The notes: a model not told the origin generated them from the sequence alone. Shown: positions 29,321 through 39,534, counted from the first letter of the stretch. The stretch is DNA of 64,000 nucleotides from Candidatus Omnitrophota bacterium (GCA_028693815.1 JAQUUP010000003.1:1850-65849), one strand, 5' to 3'. Numbers and translations are program-made.

Positions 29321-29984
29321 TTTTTTTATCTTTACCATAAAACTTTTTTATCTCTTTAAGGACTTCTTGAGGCGTATCAACAATTTTAAAGATATCAAAA
29401 TCCTCTTCACTAATACATTTTTCTTTCGCAACTGTATTTTTAAGCCAACTCATCATCCCTGCCCAAAACTCTGACCCAACAAGGATAACAGGAAAACTTG
29501 GCATACGATTTGTTTGAATCAAAGTAACACTTTCAAAGAATTCATCAAGAGTTCCGAATCCCCCTGGAAAAATAACGAATGCCTTTGCATATTTTAAAAA
29601 CATAAACTTTCGGCAAAAGAAATAATGAAAATTAACTAACAAAGTAATAAAGCGATTTGGAACTTGCTCAAATGGAAGCTCGATATTAAGCCCCACAGAT
29701 TCCGCTTTAGCTTCTTTAGCGCCTTTATTAGCAGCTTCCATAATGCCTGGACCACCACCAGTAATAACAGTGTATCCTTCTTTTCCTAAAAGATACGCTG
29801 TCTTTTCTGCTCTTTTATACATTTCATGATCCACCGCAAGACGTGCCGAACCAAAAATTGTAACAGCTCTTCCAACCTTCGAAAGAACATCGAACCCATC
29901 AACAAATTCAGACATAATTCGAAAAACACGCCACGGGTCTTCCATGGTGACAATATCATCTTTTACTTTTCTTCTATTTTGCAT
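29304..29984 (-). CDS. LOG family (TIGR00730) nucleotide 5'-monophosphate nucleosidase-like protein
   Basis: TIFGSARL...ITGGGPGIMEAANKGA...FPGGFGTLDEFFE motifs mark the LOG / lysine-decarboxylase-like family. It lies between purSL and purQ. Confidence 0.8.
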   Translation of the reverse strand: MQNRRKVKDDIVTMEDPWRVFRIMSEFVDGFDVLSKVGRAVTIFGSARLAVDHEMYKRAEKTAYLLGKEGYTVITGGGPGIMEAANKGAKEAKAESVGLNIELPFEQVPNRFITLLVNFHYFFCRKFMFLKYAKAFVIFPGGFGTLDEFFESVTLIQTNRMPSFPVILVGSEFWAGMMSWLKNTVAKEKCISEEDFDIFKIVDTPQEVLKEIKKFYGKDKKNGKKR

Positions 29985-29987
29985 ATC

Positions 29988-32897
29988 TCACCACCTTAAA
30001 GTTTTTTGCCACACTTGTTTTAACGCATTAATATTAGATTTAATACAAATCTCTTCATCTAGCCCGTAGACTGTCATTTCTTTTTCTTGTTTGACGCGAC
30101 CAATAAGCCCAAAAGAAACACCCTTGAGCAACAATTCAAATCTAGCTTGATTCTTAGGCTCAACTTCAACAACAATCCTTGAATTTGATTCAGAAAACAA
30201 AATAACATCATTTTGTTTTTGTTGATCTTTATATGGAACTTTCTTCAATGAAATCGTGGCACCAAGTCCGCCACTAAAAGCCATTTCAGAGATAGCGACA
30301 GCAAGGCCTCCTTCGGAACAATCGTGAGCAGACCGAACAAGCTTTTTAGCAATCGCCTTTTCAACCGCTTTAAAATTTCTCAAAGCTGTCTTCGTGTTCA
30401 CTTTTGGAACACTCATCCCCAGACTTCCTAAAGTATCCAAATAAATTGAACCACCCATTTCATTAAATGTATCACCAATCACATAAATTAAATTACCGTC
30501 TTCCTTAAAATCCATGGTCACTGTCTTTTCAACATCATCAACAAGTCCCATCGCAGAAATCAGAATCGTTCCAGGGATCGATATCGTTTTTCCTTTTTGC
30601 GCATATTCGTTATAAAAACTATCTTTCCCAGAAATAAACGGAGTCTTGTAGCCAATTGCGACATCTCTGCATCCTTGCGCCGCTCGCACAAGCGAACCAA
30701 GGCGATCCGGCTTATCAGGATTACCCCAGCAAAAATTATCTAAAATAGCAATATTATCAAGCCTTCCTCCAACAACGATAATTTGGCGAATCGCCTCATC
30801 AATACAAGATGCTGCCATCCAATAAGGATCAATCATGCCAAAACGTACATTGATACCGTTAGAAATAGCGATACCTTTTTTTGAATCAAATTTTGGTCGA
30901 ACAACACTTGCGTCCGATGGCCCATCACAATTAATCCCAACAAAAGGCTTTATAACGCTACCACCTTGTACTTCGTGATCATAGCGACGTACCACATTTT
31001 CTTTAGAGCAAACATTGTAATGAGACAAAACACTTTCTAAATTCTTTGTTAGATTCTTACCCAAAGGTCTCTTAGGATCTTTTCCCTTTGGTGGCTGCCA
31101 AATAGCTTTCTTGGCAATCTTAGGAATACCATCATACAAAAATTTCATATCCAAATCACAAACTTGAACCCCTTTATAAAAAATCTCTAATCTTTTCGTA
31201 GAAGTAAACTCGCCAATAACAGTTGCCTCAACATTTTCTGATGAACATAACGCAAGGAGCTTCTTAATATTCTTTTTAGGAACAGAAATAACCATGCGCT
31301 CCTGCGATTCAGAAATCCAAATTTCTTCATATGTTAATCCATCATATTTTGTTGGAGCTTTGTCTAAATCCACACGACATCCAAGTTTTTCAGCCATTTC
31401 GCCAACTGCTGAAGAGAATCCTCCAGCTCCACAATCAGTGATTGATGTATATAAATTCTGATCTCTTGCCTGTAAAAGAACATCCAGTGTCTTTTTTTCC
31501 TGAATTGGATCTCCGATCTGAACGGCCCCAGAAGAAACAGTTTCAGACTCTTCAGTCAATTCTCCAGAAGAAAAAGTTGCTCCATGAATACCATCGCGGC
31601 CTGTGCGCCCACCAAGACTAACAATTAGATCTCCTTTATTCGCTTCTTTCTCTACCTTATCTTTTGGCAAAATCCCAACAGTGCCACAATAAACAAGCGG
31701 ATTTCCTACAAAACGCTCATCAAAAAGGATAGATCCGTTTACCGTTGGAATACCCATTTTATTACCATAATCACGAACACCATTAACAACGCCTTTCATC
31801 ACGCGCTTAGGGTGCAACGATCCTTCGGGCAAATCCTCAAACGACATCTCAGGTGATGCAAAACAAAAAATATCCGTATTACAAATTGGCTTAGCTCCCA
31901 AACCAGTCCCTAAAGAATCACGAATAACACCACCAATTCCTGTGTTAGCGCCACCAAAAGGCTCTAGCGCAGAGGGATGATTATGCGTCTCAACTTTAAA
32001 ACATACATGAGAATCTTTATCAAACTTAATAACACCCGAATTATCATGAAAAACAGATACGCACCAAGGTGCGTTAATTTCATAAGTAGCTTTAACAATC
32101 GTTGATTTCAAAAGATTACGAATCATGGACGTCTTCTTTTTTCCATTCTCAATATGAGTATATTCAATGTCCCCTCGAAATGTCTTGTGATGACAGTGCT
32201 CACTCCATGTTTGCGCAATCGTTTCTACTTCGCAATCAGTAGGATTTCGCTTTAATTTTCGAAAATATTTCTGAATCTCTCTCATCTCATTTAAGTTCAA
32301 GAAAAGCTGACCTTTTTGACTTAGCTTAAGAAGATCCTCATCTTTCAAATTTAAAATATCGACGACAACGGCTTTGATATCTTTTTTTTCTTTTATTTTC
32401 TTAGTCAGTTTTGATGTTTTAGAAGAATGATCGACAACATGCTGAATCAACTTATTGGATAAAATCCGTTTGATGATAATATCAAGCTCTTTTTCTGTTG
32501 GCTTTCCGAACAAAAGATATTTCTTCGCAGTTCGCACTGAAGACACGTTCATGATGCCTAAGTCCTTAATCCCTTTTAGAGTAGACTTTTCAACGGGATC
32601 CATAACGCCAGGATTATAAGCAATCTCAACAGTTTTAAAATCTTTTTGTTCGAATTTAGATAAAGAAGGTGTAGTTTCTTGAAAACACACGTAATCTTGA
32701 ACAACAGGATCAACGAGTAATTCTCGGCAAATTTTGTGGATTTCTTTTGAAGCAATCTGACCATCGATCAAAAAAACTTGCTCAACAAGGACTTTGCTAA
32801 TCGATGTAATGCCTAGATCCTGTATGTCGCAAGCAACCGCTTGACCTACAGCATCAAAAACACTTTCCTTGTCTTTTATTTCAACGCGCCAAATCAT
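29988..32897 (-). CDS. purL: FGAM synthase PurS-PurL fusion (PurSL)
   Basis: The N-terminal ~80 aa are PurS-like. PurL AIRS-type repeats follow, giving 969 aa in total. Confidence 0.9.
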   Translation of the reverse strand: MIWRVEIKDKESVFDAVGQAVACDIQDLGITSISKVLVEQVFLIDGQIASKEIHKICRELLVDPVVQDYVCFQETTPSLSKFEQKDFKTVEIAYNPGVMDPVEKSTLKGIKDLGIMNVSSVRTAKKYLLFGKPTEKELDIIIKRILSNKLIQHVVDHSSKTSKLTKKIKEKKDIKAVVVDILNLKDEDLLKLSQKGQLFLNLNEMREIQKYFRKLKRNPTDCEVETIAQTWSEHCHHKTFRGDIEYTHIENGKKKTSMIRNLLKSTIVKATYEINAPWCVSVFHDNSGVIKFDKDSHVCFKVETHNHPSALEPFGGANTGIGGVIRDSLGTGLGAKPICNTDIFCFASPEMSFEDLPEGSLHPKRVMKGVVNGVRDYGNKMGIPTVNGSILFDERFVGNPLVYCGTVGILPKDKVEKEANKGDLIVSLGGRTGRDGIHGATFSSGELTEESETVSSGAVQIGDPIQEKKTLDVLLQARDQNLYTSITDCGAGGFSSAVGEMAEKLGCRVDLDKAPTKYDGLTYEEIWISESQERMVISVPKKNIKKLLALCSSENVEATVIGEFTSTKRLEIFYKGVQVCDLDMKFLYDGIPKIAKKAIWQPPKGKDPKRPLGKNLTKNLESVLSHYNVCSKENVVRRYDHEVQGGSVIKPFVGINCDGPSDASVVRPKFDSKKGIAISNGINVRFGMIDPYWMAASCIDEAIRQIIVVGGRLDNIAILDNFCWGNPDKPDRLGSLVRAAQGCRDVAIGYKTPFISGKDSFYNEYAQKGKTISIPGTILISAMGLVDDVEKTVTMDFKEDGNLIYVIGDTFNEMGGSIYLDTLGSLGMSVPKVNTKTALRNFKAVEKAIAKKLVRSAHDCSEGGLAVAISEMAFSGGLGATISLKKVPYKDQQKQNDVILFSESNSRIVVEVEPKNQARFELLLKGVSFGLIGRVKQEKEMTVYGLDEEICIKSNINALKQVWQKTLRW

Positions 32898-32969
32898 AGA
32901 ATGAGGATTTTCTTAAATAACTATTAAAAAGGGTTTGCCTGGCTAGAAAACAAAATTCCCTAACAAAGC

Positions 32970-33674
32970 TTATTTAACAACTCTGCTTAACACTTCTTTA
33001 TAGGCCTCTTCCACATTCCCGAGGTCCTTTCGAAAGCGATCTTTATCTAATCTTTTACCTGTGCCAACCTCCCATAAACGACAAGTATCAGGAGAAATTT
33101 CATCAGCTAAAATAATTTTTCCCTTAAAACGACCAAACTCAACTTTAAAATCAATTAAATCAAGATTGATGTCTAAAAAGAATTTCCTCATCAAATCATT
33201 AATCTTAAAAACGTATTCCTTCATCTGCTTAACTTCTTCATCCGTAGCCCATCCTAACGCACGAATATGGTATTCACTGACTAAAGGATCATTCAAAGAA
33301 TCTTCTTTGTAACAAAAATCCAAAATAGGATTTTTAAGCTTCATGCCTTCTTCAAGATTAAGCAATCGACACAAAGAGCCCGCTGCAACATTACGGATAA
33401 TAACTTCAATAGGAACAATTTCGACTTTCTTAACAAGCATCTCTCGATCATTGAGCGTTTTTTCAAAATGCGTCGGAATACCTTCAGATTCAAGATACTC
33501 AAATATTCGAGTTGAAATTTTGTTATTAAAGATTCCTTTTTGTTCAATAGTTCCTTTCTTCTGAGCATTAAAGGCTGTTGCGTCATCTTTAAAATACTGA
33601 ATCAAGAAATCTGGAGAATCTGTTTCAAAAAGAATCTTTGCTTTGCCTTCATAAACCTGATTTTTCTTTTCCAT
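32970..33674 (-). CDS. purC: SAICAR synthetase PurC
   Basis: YEGKAKILFETD...FKDDATAFN block and a 234-aa length. Confidence 0.9.
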   Translation of the reverse strand: MEKKNQVYEGKAKILFETDSPDFLIQYFKDDATAFNAQKKGTIEQKGIFNNKISTRIFEYLESEGIPTHFEKTLNDREMLVKKVEIVPIEVIIRNVAAGSLCRLLNLEEGMKLKNPILDFCYKEDSLNDPLVSEYHIRALGWATDEEVKQMKEYVFKINDLMRKFFLDINLDLIDFKVEFGRFKGKIILADEISPDTCRLWEVGTGKRLDKDRFRKDLGNVEEAYKEVLSRVVK

Positions 33675-33705
33675 AAAATCTCCTATTTAAAATATTAAAC
33701 TTTAA

Positions 33706-34998
33706 TTAAAGTCCAACTTTCTTAAAAATCTTATCTCTGTGACGAATATAATATTTCACATCAAAACATGCGTCAATCGCGCCCGGCCCCATATGCTTAC
33801 GAAGCTTTCGATCACGCTTAAGAACATCTCTAAAATCTGAAGTTTCTTGCCAAACTTGCATCGCACATCGCTGAATAATGTCATATGCATCATCTCGTGT
33901 TAATCCTTTTCTCATAAGCTCTAAAAGAATTCTCTGCGAATAAATAAGCCCTCGAGTTTTAGTTAAATTTTGGATCATGTTCTTTGGATAAACCAATAAC
34001 CCCTCTAAAACAGGAATAAATTTACTAAACATATAATGAAGCGCCATCGTACTATCCGGTAAAATGATACGTTCGACAGAAGAATGACTAATATCCCGTT
34101 CGTGCCAAAGATTAATATTTTCAAAGCCAGCTATAACATTTGCTCTTAAAAGACGAGCCAACCCAGAAATTCTCTCGCAAGTAATTGGGTTTCTCTTATG
34201 CGGCATCGCAGAAGATCCAATCTGTCCCTTAAAGAAAGGTTCTTCGACTTCTAAAATTTCTGTCTTCTGCAAATGACGAATTTCAGTCGCAAATTTATCT
34301 AAAGAACAACCAATAATAGCTATCGTATTTAAAAACTGACAATGAATATCTCTCTGAATAATCTGAGTGGCTACATTCGCAGCCTTCAAACCTAACTTCT
34401 GACAGACATACTCTTCAACCGATGGATCCACGTTTGCGTATGTCCCTACAGCACCTGAAAGTTTTCCAATGCGCAAGCTTTCTCTAGCTTGCTGCAAACG
34501 CTCTTCATTGCGCACCATTTCGTCATACCAAACAGCTAATTTCAATCCAAAAGTTGTTGGCTCAGCGTGCACACCATGAGAACGAGCAACACAAATTGTA
34601 TCTTTATATTTTTTAGCTTGTTTCTTTAATGCCTTTAAGGTTTTATCAATATCTGATAATAAAACATCACAAGTTTCAACGCACTGCACAGAGAGCGATG
34701 TATCTAAAAGATCGGAAGACGTTAAGCCCATATGAAGATATCGAGCATCAGGGCCAATGCTTTGGCCGACGTTGACAATAAAAGCCACAACATCATGCTT
34801 TGTCTTCTCCTCGATTTTTTTAACTTCGTCAAGATCGTATTTGGCCTTCTTCTTGATATTCTCCATAGATTTCTTAGGAATAAGCTTTAACTTGGCCATA
34901 GCCTCACAAGCTAAAATCTCAATCTTTAGCATAATATCTAGTTTATGTTTTTCAGACCAAATATTTCCTATCTTCGACAAGGTATAACGTTCTATCAT
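33706..34998 (-). CDS. purB: Adenylosuccinate lyase PurB
   Basis: Fumarate-lyase signature GSSAMPHKRNP. The preferred start is MIERYTL at 34998, which has a GGAGAG RBS. Confidence 0.9.
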   Translation of the reverse strand: MIERYTLSKIGNIWSEKHKLDIMLKIEILACEAMAKLKLIPKKSMENIKKKAKYDLDEVKKIEEKTKHDVVAFIVNVGQSIGPDARYLHMGLTSSDLLDTSLSVQCVETCDVLLSDIDKTLKALKKQAKKYKDTICVARSHGVHAEPTTFGLKLAVWYDEMVRNEERLQQARESLRIGKLSGAVGTYANVDPSVEEYVCQKLGLKAANVATQIIQRDIHCQFLNTIAIIGCSLDKFATEIRHLQKTEILEVEEPFFKGQIGSSAMPHKRNPITCERISGLARLLRANVIAGFENINLWHERDISHSSVERIILPDSTMALHYMFSKFIPVLEGLLVYPKNMIQNLTKTRGLIYSQRILLELMRKGLTRDDAYDIIQRCAMQVWQETSDFRDVLKRDRKLRKHMGPGAIDACFDVKYYIRHRDKIFKKVGL

Positions 34999-35329
34999 AA
35001 TTCTTCTCTCCTTTTTTACTATTACCTTTACTTCTTTAAAAAACAAATTTGCCCGAGCACCTTAAGACAATTTCTAATATTGAACTCAAACAATATATCA
35101 AAAAAGGTATTTAAGGTCAAACAAAAACGCTTTTAAATATATATATTTAATACTTTATTTTATATAAGTTGTTGGAATACATAAAGATGTGATAATGAAG
35201 AATTCTATAGAAAATAGCCAATTTTTATCAAAAATGAGCTAAAAATCAAGTATTTTTGGAATAATCAGAAATAAAGATTTTTCTGCAAACGTTTACGCGC
35301 CAACAAGTTTTGTTTTTGATAAAACTCTT

Positions 35330-35902
35330 CTATTCGAGTTTTCCCTGAAAATATTTGTAACTTACGTCCATACTGTCTTGCAAAATCATGGGATTAACCT
35401 CTAAAACCTTGCGCCCGGTTGGACTTTCATAAAAATTAATCAAGTCTTGAAGTTCTTTATCGCTAAAATATTTCTCATAAATCGGTACGAGCTGAAGAAC
35501 AATATCTTCTACATTAAATGCCTGTGCCAATTTATCCCTATCCTCCTCAGGCGATTGAGCAATCACATTGTCAAAAGTTTTACGCATATTTTCCTTAACC
35601 CCAGCAGCTTCCATATAGCGCAGAGCTAAATTTTTACTATCCCCTGAAAGACTTTTTGTCTTTTTGGGCACAGCCACCACCTGTTCAGACGAAGATGCCC
35701 CATCGCCGATGCGTTCAATCTCATCGAGATAGTAAGTCAACAAAAGACCATTAGCCTCAATTTTAATTTGGCGCTCTGTTTTCTCAACGATCACACCTGT
35801 AACAACACGTCCATTCTTGAGGTAAACTGTTTCTGCAAACACAATGGAAGCCGAATAATATAAAATAAACATACTTACACTTAAAATTAAAAATTTTTTC
35901 AT
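35330..35902 (-). CDS. Secreted DUF2059-like protein
   Basis: Signal peptide, with a C-terminal helical region that resembles DUF2059. Confidence 0.45.
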   Translation of the reverse strand: MKKFLILSVSMFILYYSASIVFAETVYLKNGRVVTGVIVEKTERQIKIEANGLLLTYYLDEIERIGDGASSSEQVVAVPKKTKSLSGDSKNLALRYMEAAGVKENMRKTFDNVIAQSPEEDRDKLAQAFNVEDIVLQLVPIYEKYFSDKELQDLINFYESPTGRKVLEVNPMILQDSMDVSYKYFQGKLE

Positions 35903-36080
35903 AAAATCTCCCCAATAATATTTTTTATGCTTAAACAGAAAATGTTTCTTATTGTATCGCTTTGTATGGCTCTGGTCAAATAATCACTACACTATTAAAA
36001 AATTCTTTCCCATCAATAATTAAGTTGAATACAGAACTTTCCTATGATACGATATTTTTCAAAATAACAATAATTTAATT

Positions 36081-37160
36081 ATGATTGAAACTTACAAAAA
36101 AAATATCGACAAGAACCTTCAAGCTTTTTTAGAAAAAATTAAGAAAGAATATAAATTTCATCTAGTCTACCCAATTCTTTTTGAAAGCATCAAAGACTTC
36201 TGTTCGCGTAAAGGAAAACGCATTCGTCCTCTTTTAATGATTTTAAGCTATCAAGGCTACGCAAAAAAAAGAGTCTCCCCAAAAAACCTTTATACCGCTT
36301 CTTCTTGCCTTGAACTTTTACATAATTTCATGCTGATCCATGATGACATTATTGACTGCTCTGATTTAAGGCGTGGAAAACCAACCATTCACAAAATTCT
36401 TTCCAAAACAGTTAAAACGAACGATAAAGAAAAGCTTGGCCAAGATCTAGCGATTGTTGCAGGCGACATTGTTTACGCCCTTGCCATTGATGCTTTTTTA
36501 TCAATTAATGAAAATCATCAGCGCAAAGAGCAAGCTTTAAAATATTTTATTCAAACAGCCGCCTTTACCGCTATGGGAGAATTTATTGATATCGTTCACG
36601 GGTTTAAAAAAGTTAGCCATATTAAAGAAAAAGATGTCTTTTTAAATTACAGCTTAAAAACAGCTCGATACACTTTTGAATGCCCGCTAATCATTGGAGC
36701 GATTTTGGCCGGAGCCCAAAAGAAAGAAATCAAAAAACTTTCCCGATTAGGACTCCTTACGGGCCAAGCCTTTCAAATCCAAGACGACATATTAGGTGTT
36801 TTTGCAACACAAAAAAATATCGGAAAATCAATTCTTAGTGATATCGCTGAATTTAAAAAAACAATTCTTGTTTGCCATGCCTATCGCGAACTTTCAGGAC
36901 AAAAAAAGAAAAACTTTATTAAATGTTTTGAAAAGCCTAAAAAAACCTACTCAGATTTAACAGCCATTAGAAAGATATTTATTGAATCCGGCAGCCTTCA
37001 ATATAGCCTAAAAAAAATGAACTCTCTTATTGAGGAATCAAAAGAAATTCTTAAGAAACTTAGAATAAAACCAGAACACAAACACTATATTGAAACCGCC
37101 CTTTTTAAACTGTTTGAACAGTCGCAACATACGATGAACACAATACCGTTTGAAACTTAA
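36081..37160 (+). CDS. Polyprenyl (isoprenyl diphosphate) synthase family protein
   Basis: First Asp-rich motif LIHDDIIDCSDLRRG and second motif FQIQDDILG. Confidence 0.85.
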   Translation: MIETYKKNIDKNLQAFLEKIKKEYKFHLVYPILFESIKDFCSRKGKRIRPLLMILSYQGYAKKRVSPKNLYTASSCLELLHNFMLIHDDIIDCSDLRRGKPTIHKILSKTVKTNDKEKLGQDLAIVAGDIVYALAIDAFLSINENHQRKEQALKYFIQTAAFTAMGEFIDIVHGFKKVSHIKEKDVFLNYSLKTARYTFECPLIIGAILAGAQKKEIKKLSRLGLLTGQAFQIQDDILGVFATQKNIGKSILSDIAEFKKTILVCHAYRELSGQKKKNFIKCFEKPKKTYSDLTAIRKIFIESGSLQYSLKKMNSLIEESKEILKKLRIKPEHKHYIETALFKLFEQSQHTMNTIPFET

Positions 37161-37172
37161 AATCTTAAACTG

Positions 37173-37670
37173 ATGAAACTAGAAAAAAAAGTATTCTGTC
37201 CTAATTGCGATTCGAAATATACAGATCTTGTTTCTTACGTTTATCGATGTTTAGAATCTGAAGATGCTGGACGCAAATTCTTTTCAGATGAAATAGAGAC
37301 AGAAGTTGCCAAAAAAAAGAAGATCAATCCTGATCGGAGAGAGGAGCTCAAAAAGAAATTGTGTCCTCCGATGGAAGCCAAAATTTCCTTTCCTGCTCTT
37401 ACCGTTGCCTTAATGGCTTTTTTAATTTCTTGGCTAGTAGTGGGATCTGTCCTTGCAAGTCGTATCGGAGAAAAGACATACTTCTTTCTAACGCTGATTA
37501 TTGTAGGATCTTTGGCTTATCCGTTTTTTTCAACAATGGAATATATCATTGCGCAAGTTCGAAAAAATTACGCAAAATACAAAAAAGAAAAAAGCATTTG
37601 GGTCAAAAAATATTTCTGCTATGACTGTGAACATGTTTTTTCTTTAAAAAAAGAACCAGAAGAAAAATAA
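37173..37670 (+). CDS. Zinc-ribbon membrane protein, hypothetical
   Basis: CPNC...CYDC Cys pairs flank two TM helices. Its stop codon abuts the stop of the convergent hemW-like gene. Confidence 0.45.
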   Translation: MKLEKKVFCPNCDSKYTDLVSYVYRCLESEDAGRKFFSDEIETEVAKKKKINPDRREELKKKLCPPMEAKISFPALTVALMAFLISWLVVGSVLASRIGEKTYFFLTLIIVGSLAYPFFSTMEYIIAQVRKNYAKYKKEKSIWVKKYFCYDCEHVFSLKKEPEEK

Positions 37671-38786
37671 CTAAATTAATCTGGCCGAAATCTCATCTAG
37701 AACAAGCCGTCCTTTCATCGTGCAACAAAGAACGCCTCCCTTGAGCTCAAAAAAACCGTCACTGATAAAACACTCGATTTTCTTTTTCTTTTCAGAGGAT
37801 ATTTTTTGCCCAAATCTCTTCTCGAGGACACCGATCTTAACGCCTTTATTCATCCGCAACCCAATCAACAAGCTTTCCATCATACGAAGACGAACACTTA
37901 GCTTCTCTTTTCCCTCAACAGAAGATTTCTTTTTCTGCATCAAGACAATATAATCATAAAGTTTCGAAACATTCCAATAGCGCTCTCCGTCCAAATGAGA
38001 GTGCGCGCCGACGCCAAAACCAACATAATTCCCACCATTCCAATAAATACAATTATGCAACGATTGCTTTTTATCTGATGCAAAATTGCTAATTTCATAC
38101 TGGCAAAATCCTTTTTTTTCAAGAAACTTAACAACGAAAACATAAAATCTTGCCAAAGCATCCCCTGTAGGAAGAATTACTTTTGTCCGATAAAACTTAC
38201 TATGCGGATCAATCGTTAACGTATAAAGAGAAAGATGTTCGCTTTTTAAATCCACCATCTTTTTAAGATCAATCGCAAGCTCTTGAGTAGTCTGTCCTGG
38301 AAAACCATACATAAAATCAAGATTAATATTTGAAAATCCAGCCTTGCGTAGAATAAAAAAAGATTTTCTGATATCGCTACAACAATGTGTTCGTCCTAAG
38401 AATTTCAAATATTTATTGCTAAAACTTTGCGCACCTAAGCTGACCCGATTAACCCCCAAGGATCTTAGTAATTTCGCTTTCTTTAAATCAATTAAATCAG
38501 GATTTATCTCAAATGTGATTTCGCATTTTTTATCAATAACAAAATTATCTTTAATCATATAAAAAAGTTTTTTTATTTGTCTTTCATCCAAAAAGCTCGG
38601 AGTCCCTCCTCCAATATAAATTGTTTTTATTTTTTTCTTTGAATGCTTCTTCATTTCTGAATTTAAACTATCTAAATATTGATTAACACGATGATTTTTT
38701 GCAACACTAATAACAAAAGAACAAAAAAAGCATTTTTGTTTGCAGAAAGGAATATGAATATAAATAGAAGAAAAATTCTTTATCAT
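37671..38786 (-). CDS. hemW: Radical SAM family heme chaperone HemW / coproporphyrinogen III oxidase-like protein
   Basis: CxxxCxxC cluster (HIPFCKQKCFFCSF) and a HemN-like C-terminal domain. Confidence 0.8.
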   Translation of the reverse strand: MIKNFSSIYIHIPFCKQKCFFCSFVISVAKNHRVNQYLDSLNSEMKKHSKKKIKTIYIGGGTPSFLDERQIKKLFYMIKDNFVIDKKCEITFEINPDLIDLKKAKLLRSLGVNRVSLGAQSFSNKYLKFLGRTHCCSDIRKSFFILRKAGFSNINLDFMYGFPGQTTQELAIDLKKMVDLKSEHLSLYTLTIDPHSKFYRTKVILPTGDALARFYVFVVKFLEKKGFCQYEISNFASDKKQSLHNCIYWNGGNYVGFGVGAHSHLDGERYWNVSKLYDYIVLMQKKKSSVEGKEKLSVRLRMMESLLIGLRMNKGVKIGVLEKRFGQKISSEKKKKIECFISDGFFELKGGVLCCTMKGRLVLDEISARLI

Positions 38787-38946
38787 TTTTATTCTTTTTT
38801 TATCTTATATCTTACGATTTTTCTCGTCGGTATAATAAAATATTATTTTCAAGATTATATTAATCATTCTATAGCGTTTCATACCAAAACTCAACAAAAG
38901 TATTATTTTTAAAGAAAAATAATTTTAAAAAAATAAAAAATATTTT

Positions 38947-38975
38947 TTGCATCATAAAAAATAAGATGCTAATAT
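38947..38975 (+). promoter_or_regulatory. Sigma70-like promoter for the lysine-rich small gene
   Basis: TTGCAT-17 nt-TAATAT, about 30 nt upstream of the AGGAGG RBS. Confidence 0.45.
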
Positions 38976-39006
38976 AAAAATAACAATTACGAAAGGAGGA
39001 ATCCCG

Positions 39007-39126
39007 ATGGTCGTAAAAAAGAAAGCGCCAGCTAAGAAAAAAGTGGCAAAGAAGAAAGTAGCAAAGAAGAAAGTAGCAAAGAAAAAGGTTGCAAAAAAGA
39101 AAGTAACTAAAGCAAAAAAGAAATAA
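39007..39126 (+). CDS. 39-aa lysine/alanine-rich histone-H1-like small protein
   Basis: MVVKKKAPAKKKVAKKKVAKKKVAKKKVAKKKVTKAKKK. A strong RBS AGGAGG lies 7 nt upstream and an intrinsic terminator follows. The gene is absent from the ORF track because it is under 60 aa. Confidence 0.6.
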   Translation: MVVKKKAPAKKKVAKKKVAKKKVAKKKVAKKKVTKAKKK

Positions 39127-39146
39127 ACGCAACTTATAGATTTTAA

Positions 39147-39182
39147 ATAAAAACCCTCCATATTTTGGAGGGTTTTTATTTT
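39147..39182 (+). terminator. Rho-independent terminator
   Basis: AAAACCCTCCA-tatt-TTGGAGGGTTTTTATTTTT. Confidence 0.75.
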
Positions 39183-39214
39183 TCTTAATTATTATTTTTA
39201 ATTAAAGAAATTAT

Positions 39215-39249
39215 AAAAAAGCCCTGCATTTTAAATGCAGGGCTTTTTA
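39215..39249. terminator. Bidirectional terminator
   Basis: AAAAAAGCCCTGCATTT-t-AAATGCAGGGCTTTTT, flanked by A- and T-runs. Confidence 0.7.
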
Positions 39250-39267
39250 TTAAATTAATAACTACCT

Positions 39268-39534
39268 TTATTTCTTTGCAACTTTCTTAGAAGCTTTTCT
39301 TTTTGATGGAGGTTTTGGTTTGCTTATTTTAGATTTTGCTTTCTTTTCTTTTGAAAGACTTCCTGGCAAATGATACTTTATCCATCCTTCAGAATAAAGT
39401 CGCACCCATTCATCCGTTGCTCTTTCTATGCCTATGCTATAACCAGCTTTTTGGCTTTCAATCCAAAGATGCTTATGAATTTCTTCAGCAACTCTTTTAT
39501 CTTTTAAAAGCTCTCTGATCTGCGTAATCTTCAT
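39268..39534 (-). CDS. Hypothetical protein with a lysine-rich C-terminal tail
   Basis: 88 aa, consisting of a globular N-terminal part followed by KKAKSKISKPKPPSKRKASKKVAKK. Confidence 0.5.
   Translation of the reverse strand: MKITQIRELLKDKRVAEEIHKHLWIESQKAGYSIGIERATDEWVRLYSEGWIKYHLPGSLSKEKKAKSKISKPKPPSKRKASKKVAKK

Noticed and set aside
35047-35329. Possible purine or ZTP riboswitch upstream of purB
   Set aside because: I scanned the minus-sense leader for the purine-riboswitch cores (GUUUCUACC, CCGUAAAU, GACUAUG) and for GC-rich ZTP/pfl motifs. None were found, and the region is simply AT-rich.
37668-37673. Zero-length intergenic space between the convergent genes 37173..37670 (+) and 37671..38786 (-)
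   Set aside because: Abutting stop codons are unusual but need no special explanation. No terminator or other signal is visible, so it is noted only.
38869-39161. Minus-strand ORFs 38869..39132 and 38952..39161 (F/L-rich)
   Set aside because: These are antisense translations of the lysine-rich (AAG/AAA) small gene, since poly-Lys codons read as poly-Phe/Leu on the other strand. The plus-strand gene has a promoter, RBS and terminator.
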